A stretch of DNA of 44,367 bases from a virus. The translations under genes were made by a program, and so were the position numbers. The stretch lies in UHGV virus genome UHGV-0245551, one strand, 5' to 3'. The notes beneath the pieces are model-generated. The model saw only the letters and a program-made list of their open reading frames with translations. It ran no database searches and was not told the DNA's origin. This document shows positions 9,740 through 18,307 of the stretch, in pieces. Numbering within the stretch: the stretch's first letter is position 1; the number at the start of each line of letters is the position of its first letter.

Positions 9740-10061
9740 TCCATTAAATGAGTTTCCTCATACAATCGAATTAGGCTCAAGAGAGGTTGTAGGAGAGTAT
9801 CCACGTGAACAAGAGCGCTTTAAGAGCGAAAAAACAATACAAGGATTTATGGATACGCCTACTTCATCTGAACAACTCAAGTTTCATCAAATGAACCAAT
9901 CATACGACAGAAACCTATATACGCCGTACAGCCTGCCAATAACTAACACAAACTTATTTAAATACAACGGTAAAACTTACGAAGTAGTAGGAGAACCTGT
10001 CGACCAAGGCGGGCAACAAGAAATCAACTTAACAAGATTGAGAGAATGTCCTATTGGCTAA
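9732..10061 (+). CDS. head-tail adaptor / head closure protein
   Basis: 109 aa; overlapping gene series typical of connector genes. Confidence 0.45.
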   Translation: MFNPLNEFPHTIELGSREVVGEYPREQERFKSEKTIQGFMDTPTSSEQLKFHQMNQSYDRNLYTPYSLPITNTNLFKYNGKTYEVVGEPVDQGGQQEINLTRLRECPIG

Positions 10062-10467
10062 GGTTAAATACGGAAATTGGGATTTAGTTAAGGAACTTGA
10101 GGAGTTTGAAAAAGAAACGATTAGATGGGCTAAAAAAGGTATAGCCAAGACAACAACAATTATTCACAATTCAATAGTTAGTAACATGCCTGTTGATACC
10201 GGTTATCTTAGAGAAAGTGTTTCTATGGACTTTAAGAAGGGCGGATTAACAGGCGTTATTAATATCGGCAGTGAGTACGCAGTTTACGTCAACTACGGTA
10301 CAGGGATATACGCAGTTGGTCCGGGTGGTAGTCGTGCAAAGAATATCCCGTGGCGTTACAAAGACGCAGACGGACATTGGCACACAACTAAAGGGCAACA
10401 TGCACAGCCTTTTTGGGAACCTGCAATCGATGAAGGTAGAGCGTTTTTCAATAAGTATTTTTCATAA
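10054..10467 (+). CDS. tail component, HK97 gp10-like
   Basis: 137 aa; position between head closure and tail completion genes. Confidence 0.45.
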   Translation: MAKVKYGNWDLVKELEEFEKETIRWAKKGIAKTTTIIHNSIVSNMPVDTGYLRESVSMDFKKGGLTGVINIGSEYAVYVNYGTGIYAVGPGGSRAKNIPWRYKDADGHWHTTKGQHAQPFWEPAIDEGRAFFNKYFS

Positions 10468-10479
10468 GGTGGTTAAGAT

Positions 10480-10917
10480 ATGTGGGTATCAGTAGAACGG
10501 TATCTGTTTAACAAGATATATAACAAATTAAAAAGCAACCCTATCATCAAAAAACAGCTTGGTGGTAGGGTTTTTGATTGCGTTCAAAAAGACGCTGTTT
10601 ACCCATATATCGTTGTGGGTGAAACAAACGTCACTAATAAAGAAACGACAACGAGTATGTTTGAAGATGTAGGCGTAACCTTACACGTGTATAGTCAAGC
10701 GAGAAATCGTGATGAAGTAGCACAAATCATTCAGTTTTTAGGTCATGTACTTAATACTGAATTTGAAATCGAACATTACTCATTCATTAAAAGTCGGATT
10801 GATACACAAGAAGTGATAACTGACATAGATCAGTACACGAAACACGGTATCATCCGGCTTGTTTTTAAATACAGACACAATACTTTACAAAGGAGTGTAA
10901 CGAATAGTGCAGAATAA
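10480..10917 (+). CDS. tail completion protein
   Basis: 145 aa immediately upstream of major tail gene. Confidence 0.45.
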   Translation: MWVSVERYLFNKIYNKLKSNPIIKKQLGGRVFDCVQKDAVYPYIVVGETNVTNKETTTSMFEDVGVTLHVYSQARNRDEVAQIIQFLGHVLNTEFEIEHYSFIKSRIDTQEVITDIDQYTKHGIIRLVFKYRHNTLQRSVTNSAE

Positions 10918-11443
10918 ATACATTGCAGCGTTACAAATCGCTGACAAAGATTTAGCAAGCAAGCTGAAAGAAGAAGATGCTATTCTGTTAGCTAGTTTAG
11001 CTGAAGGTGGACACACAATCAGTAATGACTTAGCTGAAATGATTACAGGTGGCAAAAAAGACTATAGTCGTAACTCTGTAGAAGAAGAAATCAAGTTAAC
11101 TGTTGACCGTGTACCTGGCGACAAAGGTCAAGAAGCTTTAGATGAGTCAGTTAAAAACTTCAAACAGTTACGATTATGGATTTGGGAAGTTAAAAAACGT
11201 GATGGTAAACATCATGGTATTTTCGCTTATGTAATTATAGAAGAGCAAGAATGGTCATTTGATGATGAGGATGACAAAATCGAAATCACTGCAAAAGTTA
11301 AATTTAACAGTGCTAACGGTTCTGTTGATTCATTGCCACCAGAATGGCTCAATCCTAGTGCTGCTGCTCCTACAGTTGAATGGGAAGATATGGGAGCTTA
11401 TACAGACTCATATGAAAATCGTACACCTAGTGCTGGTGCATAA
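10907..11443 (+). CDS. major tail protein
   Basis: 178 aa; followed by strong terminator and then the G/GT chaperones and tape measure. Confidence 0.6.
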   Translation: MQNKYIAALQIADKDLASKLKEEDAILLASLAEGGHTISNDLAEMITGGKKDYSRNSVEEEIKLTVDRVPGDKGQEALDESVKNFKQLRLWIWEVKKRDGKHHGIFAYVIIEEQEWSFDDEDDKIEITAKVKFNSANGSVDSLPPEWLNPSAAAPTVEWEDMGAYTDSYENRTPSAGA

Positions 11444-11449
11444 CTTTAC

Positions 11450-11475
11450 GAGGGCATTAAGCCCTCTATTTTTTT
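11450..11475 (+). terminator. intrinsic terminator/attenuator after major tail gene
   Basis: GAGGGC-attaa-GCCCTC followed by TATTTTTTT. Confidence 0.6.
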
Positions 11476-11502
11476 GTAAAAATAACAGAAAGAGGTTAAA
11501 GA

Positions 11503-11997
11503 ATGACTGAAAATACAATCAACCCTATTACTGAATTAGAAATCAACGGAGAAGAAGTAGAAGCAAAAGCTACTTTCTTATTTGATAAAGCGGCTAAGAA
11601 ATTCGCTAAAGACGAGCAAGATGAAAATGGTAAAACTACTAAAGTATCTGGTTTTAATGCTATTTATAACGGTATTTTAGAACGTGATCCAATCGCAATT
11701 GCAGACTTTTGGGAATGTGCAACGGCTTATTTAGGTAAAAATGCACCTAAACGTGAAGATATCGAACAAACACTAATGGAAATTATTGATGAAAAACAAG
11801 ACTCTATCGAATTATTACAAGGTGCATTGCAAGTTTTAAATCATAGTGGTTTTTTCAAGCAGAAATCACGTCTATTCTGGACACAAATGAATTCAGCGCC
11901 ATCTATGGTCAAAGAAGAAGAGAAAGAGTCTACGAAGAACGGTATCGAGTTCATGAAGAACAATTACAAAGAAATCATGGGCGAGCTACCTTACTAG
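11503..11997 (+). CDS. tail assembly chaperone (gpG-like)
   Basis: 164 aa acidic protein directly upstream of tape measure; contains slippery heptamer near its 3' third. Confidence 0.65.
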   Translation: MTENTINPITELEINGEEVEAKATFLFDKAAKKFAKDEQDENGKTTKVSGFNAIYNGILERDPIAIADFWECATAYLGKNAPKREDIEQTLMEIIDEKQDSIELLQGALQVLNHSGFFKQKSRLFWTQMNSAPSMVKEEEKESTKNGIEFMKNNYKEIMGELPY

Positions 11998-12362
11998 ATT
12001 ATTCAGAAATACGGCAGATAACCAGTCAATACATAGGCTATCTTCCTTATGATGAATTAATGAGTTTGACGCCTAATGAATGGAAAGACTGGGTTGTAGG
12101 TCGTAGATTGGCGTTACTTGATGAACAAGAAACTTTATTATTTGGTGCTCAAGCTAACGGTCTTGTGCAAGCTGGTAAATCACTTAAACGATTACAGAAG
12201 CAATTAGAACGTGCAAGATACGAGGTACGTGGACAGTCAGAAGAATACGAACGTATGAAAGAACGTAAGTTAGCACATAACAAACGCATTAGAAATGTTC
12301 AGAAACAAGGTACACGACGCTTTATGAATTCATTACGCAATACTAGTCAAAAAGGAGGTTAG
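11503..12362 (+). CDS. tail assembly chaperone G-T fusion produced by programmed -1 frameshift (slip at 11850-11856)
   Basis: The -1 frame is open from 11847 through the 12060..12362 ORF. T TTT TTC heptamer lies in the 0 frame of gpG at 11850-11856; arrangement is canonical for siphovirus G/GT. Confidence 0.5.
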
Positions 12363-12364
12363 CC

Positions 12365-15300
12365 ATGAATAAAAACTTTATGGCTCGTATATCGGCGATC
12401 ATTACAGATTTCCAACGGAATATCAGAAAAGCTCAACGTATGGCAAAAACTGAAATACCCGATGAAATCGAAACACAAGTCGATGCGAATATCAGTAAGT
12501 TTAAACGAGCCTTAAACACTGCAAAAGCAATGGCTCAACGTTGGCGAGAACATACCGTTGATATAGACGGTAACAACAACCCTATCAAACGAGCAATTGC
12601 AGTAGTTAAAGAGAAATTACAGCAATTAAGAGATAAAGAAGTAGACATAAAAGGGAATAACAATCCCTTAAAACGTTCAGTATTAGGTGCTAAGGCTATG
12701 TTGGCAACCTTACATGATAAAACGGTAAAAGTTAACTTTGATACAAGGGGAATGACAAGAGCTCAAGTATTAACTAGAGCTTTAAGTCTGTCTTTAGACG
12801 AATATGGCGATAAAATGGATAGATTAGCTACTCGTATTCGTACATTTGGTACTGTGTTTGGACAACAAATCAAAGGTGTGCTAATCGCTAGTTTTCAAGG
12901 TCTTATTCCTATTATAGCTGGTTTAGTACCCGCCATCATGGCAGTAGCTAACGCATTAGGTGTAGTTGCTGGTGGTGCATTAGGTGTAGCTGGTGCATTT
13001 GGTATTGCTGCAAGTGGTGCGTTTGCATTTGGCGCTATGGCAGTAAGTGCAATTAAAATGTTGAATGACGGAACATTACAAGCTACTGCGCAAACAAGAA
13101 GATACCAAGCGTCTTTAGAACAAGTTAAATCAACTTGGGAAGGTATTATCAAGCAAAATCAATCTCAAATATTCAATACGTTATCTAACGCTTTAGACAC
13201 TGTTAACGTAGCTTTAGGACGCATGAAACCATTCTTAGCAGGTATCTCTAAAGGAATGGAACAAGCTTCACAGAGTGTCTTAAAATGGGCTCAAAACAGC
13301 CAAACTGCTAGCAAGTTCTTTAACATGATGAATACAACAGGTGTTAAGACATTCAACACATTATTAAGTGCTGCAGGACGTTTTGGTGACGGACTTATTA
13401 ATGTATTCACTCAATTAGGTCCACTATTCTTATGGACTGCTAAAGGCTTAGATAATCTAGGTAAAAAGTTCCAAAACTGGGCTAACAGTGTAGCAGGTCA
13501 GAACGCTATTAAGTCGTTTATTGAATACACTAAAACTAATTTACCTAAAATAGGTCAAATATTTGGCAATGTATTCATGGGTATTGGTAACTTGATGAAA
13601 GCGTTCGCTCAAAACAGTTCTAATATCTTTGATTGGCTAGTTAAAATGACTGCTAAGTTTAGAGAATGGTCTGAACAAGTTGGTAAATCTGAAGGGTTTA
13701 AAAAGTTTGTTCAGTATGTACAAGAGAATGGCCCAGTCATTATGGATCTAATCGGTAATATCGTAAGAGTTTTGGTTGCATTCGGCACTGCAATGGCACC
13801 AATAGCAAGCGTGATATTAAAAGTAGTAACAGCATTAGCTGGTTTCATAGCTAAGTTGTTCGAAACACACCCAGCTATAGCTCGAATGGTTGGTATAGGT
13901 ATGATACTCGGTGGTATGTTGTGGGCTTTACTAGCACCAATCATCGCAGTAAGTACAATGCTATCTAATGTGTTCGGTGTAGGTTTAATCCAAGCTATCG
14001 GTAAAATGTTAGCTTTTGCTAGAAACACTCAAATACTTAGAAGTGCATTAAACTTAGTAAAAATAGCTTTCAGGCTCCTTATGAGCCCTATTAGTACAAT
14101 TATGCGTATCTTACCTATGTTAAGTGGTGCTTTCCAAACATTGGGTGTAGCTATAGGCGCGATTTCATGGCCTGTATTGGCTATCATAGGCGTTATCGTT
14201 GCTTTAATAGGTATTATTGTTTGGTTATGGAAAACGAACGAGAATTTCAGAAAAACTTGTGTTGAAGCTTGGAACACAATTAAAGATACGATAATGAACG
14301 CTGTAAAAACAGTGATTAACTGGTTTAATCAGTTCAGAGCGTCTATCGAACAAACGCTACAACCAATTATGCCTATCTTACAAATGTTAGGACAAGTTGC
14401 AAACCAAGTTCTCGGCTTCTTATTCATCAGCCTTATCAATGGTTTAGTAACTGCTTTCCAATCTCTTTGGACTGTGATTTCAGTAGTATTCACTGCGATA
14501 GGTGGAATACTACAAGCTGCTACGCAATTGATTTTCGGTTTGTTTACTGCATTAATACAGCTCCTTACCGGAGATTTTTCTGGCGCTTGGCAAACATTAC
14601 AAACTACGATTTCTAATGTAATGAGTACGATTTGGAATACCATATTGTCAATTTGGGGCCAAATTTCTAACTTCATATTCAATGTTTTGAACAGAATACT
14701 TGGTACTAATATTACAAGTTGGAACCAAATTTGGTCTGCGATTTCAGGTGCAGTTACTAGAATATGGAATACAGTATCAAGTTGGTTTTCACGTGTAGTT
14801 TCAACTGTTGCTCAAAAAATGATGCAAGCATTAAGTCGCATCATTTCTGGTGGTGCTCGTTGGGTTTCAAGTATCATTTCTGCGATGAGTAGATTTGTTC
14901 AAGGCGTGGTTAGTGGTTTTGTTAGAGTTGTATCACAAGTGGCTTCTGGTATGGGTAGAGCTGTTTCCAAAGTCAGAAGTTTCTTCGGAAAAATGGTATC
15001 TGCAGGATTGCATATTGCTTCAGGTATTGCACGAGGTATTGCGAATGGCGCAAGTAGAGTTATAAATGCTGCCGCAAACATTGCTAAAAAAGCAGTTAGT
15101 GCAGCTAAAAACGTACTAGGTATTCACTCACCTTCACGTGTATTCAGAGGCATAGGTGGATACATTTCTCAAGGTTTAGGCATCGGTATTATGGAACAAA
15201 GCAATAGTGCTATTAATGCCAGTCGTCGTTTAGCGAAAGATGTAACTAACGCATTTAGCCCTGATTTAAACACTGATTTAACATCAGACTTAACAGGTGG

Positions 15301-15469
15301 ATTAAATAGCGATGTGAATGCGCATATGAGTAAAGACGTGCGCCATAGCATGCAAGAGAACAATAAACCTATCGTTAATGTGACTGTTCGCAACGAGTCG
15401 GATATACCAGCTATTAAATCTTACATTGAAGATTCCAACTCAAAAGACGCAAGTTTCGGATTATTTTAA
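12365..15469 (+). CDS. tail tape measure protein
   Basis: 1034 aa; long helical/hydrophobic Ala-Gly-rich central region; conserved C-terminal ...GIHSPSRVF... motif. Confidence 0.85.
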   Translation: MNKNFMARISAIITDFQRNIRKAQRMAKTEIPDEIETQVDANISKFKRALNTAKAMAQRWREHTVDIDGNNNPIKRAIAVVKEKLQQLRDKEVDIKGNNNPLKRSVLGAKAMLATLHDKTVKVNFDTRGMTRAQVLTRALSLSLDEYGDKMDRLATRIRTFGTVFGQQIKGVLIASFQGLIPIIAGLVPAIMAVANALGVVAGGALGVAGAFGIAASGAFAFGAMAVSAIKMLNDGTLQATAQTRRYQASLEQVKSTWEGIIKQNQSQIFNTLSNALDTVNVALGRMKPFLAGISKGMEQASQSVLKWAQNSQTASKFFNMMNTTGVKTFNTLLSAAGRFGDGLINVFTQLGPLFLWTAKGLDNLGKKFQNWANSVAGQNAIKSFIEYTKTNLPKIGQIFGNVFMGIGNLMKAFAQNSSNIFDWLVKMTAKFREWSEQVGKSEGFKKFVQYVQENGPVIMDLIGNIVRVLVAFGTAMAPIASVILKVVTALAGFIAKLFETHPAIARMVGIGMILGGMLWALLAPIIAVSTMLSNVFGVGLIQAIGKMLAFARNTQILRSALNLVKIAFRLLMSPISTIMRILPMLSGAFQTLGVAIGAISWPVLAIIGVIVALIGIIVWLWKTNENFRKTCVEAWNTIKDTIMNAVKTVINWFNQFRASIEQTLQPIMPILQMLGQVANQVLGFLFISLINGLVTAFQSLWTVISVVFTAIGGILQAATQLIFGLFTALIQLLTGDFSGAWQTLQTTISNVMSTIWNTILSIWGQISNFIFNVLNRILGTNITSWNQIWSAISGAVTRIWNTVSSWFSRVVSTVAQKMMQALSRIISGGARWVSSIISAMSRFVQGVVSGFVRVVSQVASGMGRAVSKVRSFFGKMVSAGLHIASGIARGIANGASRVINAAANIAKKAVSAAKNVLGIHSPSRVFRGIGGYISQGLGIGIMEQSNSAINASRRLAKDVTNAFSPDLNTDLTSDLTGGLNSDVNAHMSKDVRHSMQENNKPIVNVTVRNESDIPAIKSYIEDSNSKDASFGLF

Positions 15470-15484
15470 AGGAGTGATTGTTAA

Positions 15485-16423
15485 TTGATATTACATGATG
15501 TTGAAGTTTACAAAGATAAAGAACGTTTGCGTATTAGTGACAATCGCTTCACTGGTACTGCGTTGAGAGTTGTTTCTTACGACGTTAAAGGTGCTGGCTA
15601 TGACCGAAAGTTTGATGAAATTGATCGTGTTAACGGTAGATTTCATAATGCTACTAAAGAAGAAAAGAAAAGTATATCTATGACGGTTAGATACGATGTA
15701 GAAAAGATAGCTTATGCTTCTCATTTAAAAGCGAACATACAAGCTATGCTCAGAGGTCATTTTTATCTTAGAGAATTAGCAGCGTCTGAAAGTGAAATTA
15801 AATTCGAGAATATATTCGAACCTAAGGAACAATCTTTTGAACTAGAATATGTTGACGGCAGGCAGATACTTGTTGGCTTAGTTAATGAAGTGTCATTCGA
15901 TACTACTAAAACGTCAGGTGAATTCACACTAGATTTCGAAACGATTGAATTACCATACTTTGAGAGTATTGGGTATAGTACAGATTTAGAAAAAGAGAGT
16001 GGTAACTTGAATAAATGGGGTATTCCAGACAAAAACCCGTTCAACACATCTCATAAAGAACGTAGATACACATTCTATGACACTAAAGTGGGCGATGTAT
16101 ATTACGGTGGTACAGCTGAAATTAACCAATTTAACCAAGATAGTGTTGTAGAAATGACACTTGGAGAAAATGTCAGTAAAAATGATAGCGATGGTTTTAA
16201 CTTCTATATGACACATAGTGACATTATGAAAATAAGTGGATTAGAATTGAGAGCCGGTGATGTTATCAAATTTGACGGCATTCATGTATATCGTAATAAC
16301 TTACGCATTGATGATTACAACAAGACAAAACAACAACCTGTATTAATGCCTGGTTGGAATACCTTCCATACTACTAAGAAACTTCAAAAAATTACGTTTA
16401 AACATAAAAGATATTACTTGTAA
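15485..16423 (+). CDS. distal tail protein (Dit)
   Basis: 312 aa directly after tape measure; RBS GGAGTG. Confidence 0.6.
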   Translation: MILHDVEVYKDKERLRISDNRFTGTALRVVSYDVKGAGYDRKFDEIDRVNGRFHNATKEEKKSISMTVRYDVEKIAYASHLKANIQAMLRGHFYLRELAASESEIKFENIFEPKEQSFELEYVDGRQILVGLVNEVSFDTTKTSGEFTLDFETIELPYFESIGYSTDLEKESGNLNKWGIPDKNPFNTSHKERRYTFYDTKVGDVYYGGTAEINQFNQDSVVEMTLGENVSKNDSDGFNFYMTHSDIMKISGLELRAGDVIKFDGIHVYRNNLRIDDYNKTKQQPVLMPGWNTFHTTKKLQKITFKHKRYYL

Positions 16424-16436
16424 GGAGGTTGCTTAA

Positions 16437-18293
16437 TTGCCAATATTATTAAAAACGTTACAGGGCATTGGGCAATCCCTACCTGTAGAAACAAAATTAA
16501 ACGAGAAATTAAATGAAGATGGCTCCTTAGAAATAGAAATGGTAGAAAACAAAGCTACATTTGACGCTATAGGGGCTATTACTAAAATGTGGACGATTAC
16601 AGGTGTTGGTGGTGCTGATGACCTAAACGAATACCGTATCGTTATGTTAGACAAAACAACTGTAGGTCAAAAGGAAAAGTTAACAATCAAAGCGCGTCCT
16701 GTCGAATTAGATGATCTAAACAATTTAAGAGTATACGAAGTATATAACGGTAGTTTTACAGGAAAAAGCTACTTCGATTTAGTTTTTAAAGATACCGGTT
16801 ATAAGTATGAATTACACGCTAAGGTTTCATCTTCCAAATTTGAAAATCTAGGTAACCACGATACCAATTTAGAATTATTCAAAAAAGGTTTGGAAAGATA
16901 TAACTTAGAATATGAATATAACGCCAAAACAAAGACATTTCATTTATATGATATTGTTCAAAGAAAAGCTAACTATTACATTAAAGCAGGTGTCAATGCT
17001 AATAATGTAAAAGTCCAAGAAGATGCTTCTAAGTGTTACACATACATCAGAGGTTATGGTGGCTTTGATGAGCAACAAACTTTCAACGAAGCCAGCTTGC
17101 AATATGAGTATACACACCCCTTAGCTGACTTAATAGGCAAACGCCATGCACCACCTGTTGTAGATGGACGCATAACTAAAGGGGATACACTCAAAAAAGC
17201 TATGGAGTTAGTTATACAAGAAAGTTTAAAAACGTCTGTAACACTAGATTTTATTTCTTTGCAAAAACATTTTAAAGAAGCAGTACCTAGAGTTGGGGAT
17301 ATTGTGAATGTGATTGATGATTTAATAGGTTTAAATGAGTTTGTTAGAATTATCGAAATCACTACGCAACGAGATATTAACAACAAGATTATCAAACAAG
17401 ACGTAGTGCTTGGGGAATTTAGATTACAAGATAGATACATGAAAGCAGTAAACACTGCTGCAAATTATGTTAAAGCTATTAAGTCTAACAAATCTGATCC
17501 AGCTAAAGACTTAAGGATGATTCAAGCTCAAAACAACGCAAATACTAAGACTGCACAAGATTTGCAGAAGAAAACCGATGAAATAAAAAGAAGATTAGAA
17601 AGCGCGCATGCTAAGAGTGTTACAACTGCAAACGGTACTATTGTTCACGACTTTACACCTAAGTCTAAGATTAGGAAAGTTAAAACAATAGGTACTATTG
17701 GAGATTCTGTAGCTAAAGGTACTGGCGCTAAAACTAACTTTACGCAAATGTTAGCTAAGAAGATAAAGGCTAAATCAACAAACTTAGCTGTTAGTGGTGC
17801 GACAATGAGCACAAACAAAGATAATAGCATATATGAACAAGCGACTAAAATTAAAGGTGATTTAATCATTGTTCAAGGTACAGATGACGACTGGACAAAC
17901 GATATTAAGATAGGCACTGATAAAACGGATACTAAAACGTTTTACGGTGCCTTTTATAGTGCTATCACTAAAATCAAGAGTAATAACCCTAACTCTAAAA
18001 TAATTGTTATGACACCTACTAAACAATGTTATATAAAAGACGGCAAAACCGTAAGAAAAGACACTACTAAGAACGATTTAGGTCATACTTTAGCTGATTA
18101 TGTAGATGTTCAAATAGACGCTTGTAACGAACTGGATATACCTGTGTATGACGCTTATCATTCAACACAATTCAAACCCAATATACCTTCGTACAGAAAA
18201 TCGAGTATGCCTGACGGGGTACACCCTAATGAAAAAGGGCACGAGGTCATTATGTATGAATTGATTAAAAACTTTTATGGTTTTTATGGCTAA
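16437..18293 (+). CDS. tail-associated protein (Tal-like) with C-terminal SGNH/GDSL hydrolase domain
   Basis: 618 aa; C-terminal GTIGDSVAKGTGA (GDS(L) motif) ... DGVHPNEKGH (catalytic His block) typical of SGNH esterases; follows Dit. Confidence 0.6.
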   Translation: MPILLKTLQGIGQSLPVETKLNEKLNEDGSLEIEMVENKATFDAIGAITKMWTITGVGGADDLNEYRIVMLDKTTVGQKEKLTIKARPVELDDLNNLRVYEVYNGSFTGKSYFDLVFKDTGYKYELHAKVSSSKFENLGNHDTNLELFKKGLERYNLEYEYNAKTKTFHLYDIVQRKANYYIKAGVNANNVKVQEDASKCYTYIRGYGGFDEQQTFNEASLQYEYTHPLADLIGKRHAPPVVDGRITKGDTLKKAMELVIQESLKTSVTLDFISLQKHFKEAVPRVGDIVNVIDDLIGLNEFVRIIEITTQRDINNKIIKQDVVLGEFRLQDRYMKAVNTAANYVKAIKSNKSDPAKDLRMIQAQNNANTKTAQDLQKKTDEIKRRLESAHAKSVTTANGTIVHDFTPKSKIRKVKTIGTIGDSVAKGTGAKTNFTQMLAKKIKAKSTNLAVSGATMSTNKDNSIYEQATKIKGDLIIVQGTDDDWTNDIKIGTDKTDTKTFYGAFYSAITKIKSNNPNSKIIVMTPTKQCYIKDGKTVRKDTTKNDLGHTLADYVDVQIDACNELDIPVYDAYHSTQFKPNIPSYRKSSMPDGVHPNEKGHEVIMYELIKNFYGFYG

Positions 18294-18307
18294 GGAGGTC
18301 AAAAAAA

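Noticed and set aside
10271-11510. Overlapping alternative-frame ORFs 10271..10495 and 11259..11510
   Set aside because: They are embedded in or overlap the better-supported tail component and major tail genes and have no independent signals.
11998-12059. Possibility that 12060..12362 is an independent gene with its own start
   Set aside because: Its frame is open 210 nt upstream through the slippery site and there is no RBS before ATG 12060. The G/GT frameshift model is favoured and the ORF is kept only as part of the fusion.
12895-15393. Series of minus-strand ORFs (12895..13152, 13711..14028, 14029..14277, 14329..14682, 14899..15081, 15169..15393) inside the tape measure gene
   Set aside because: They are antisense shadow frames of a long Ala/Gly/Ile-rich gene. 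They have no RBS context and are low complexity. The + strand tape measure ORF explains the region.
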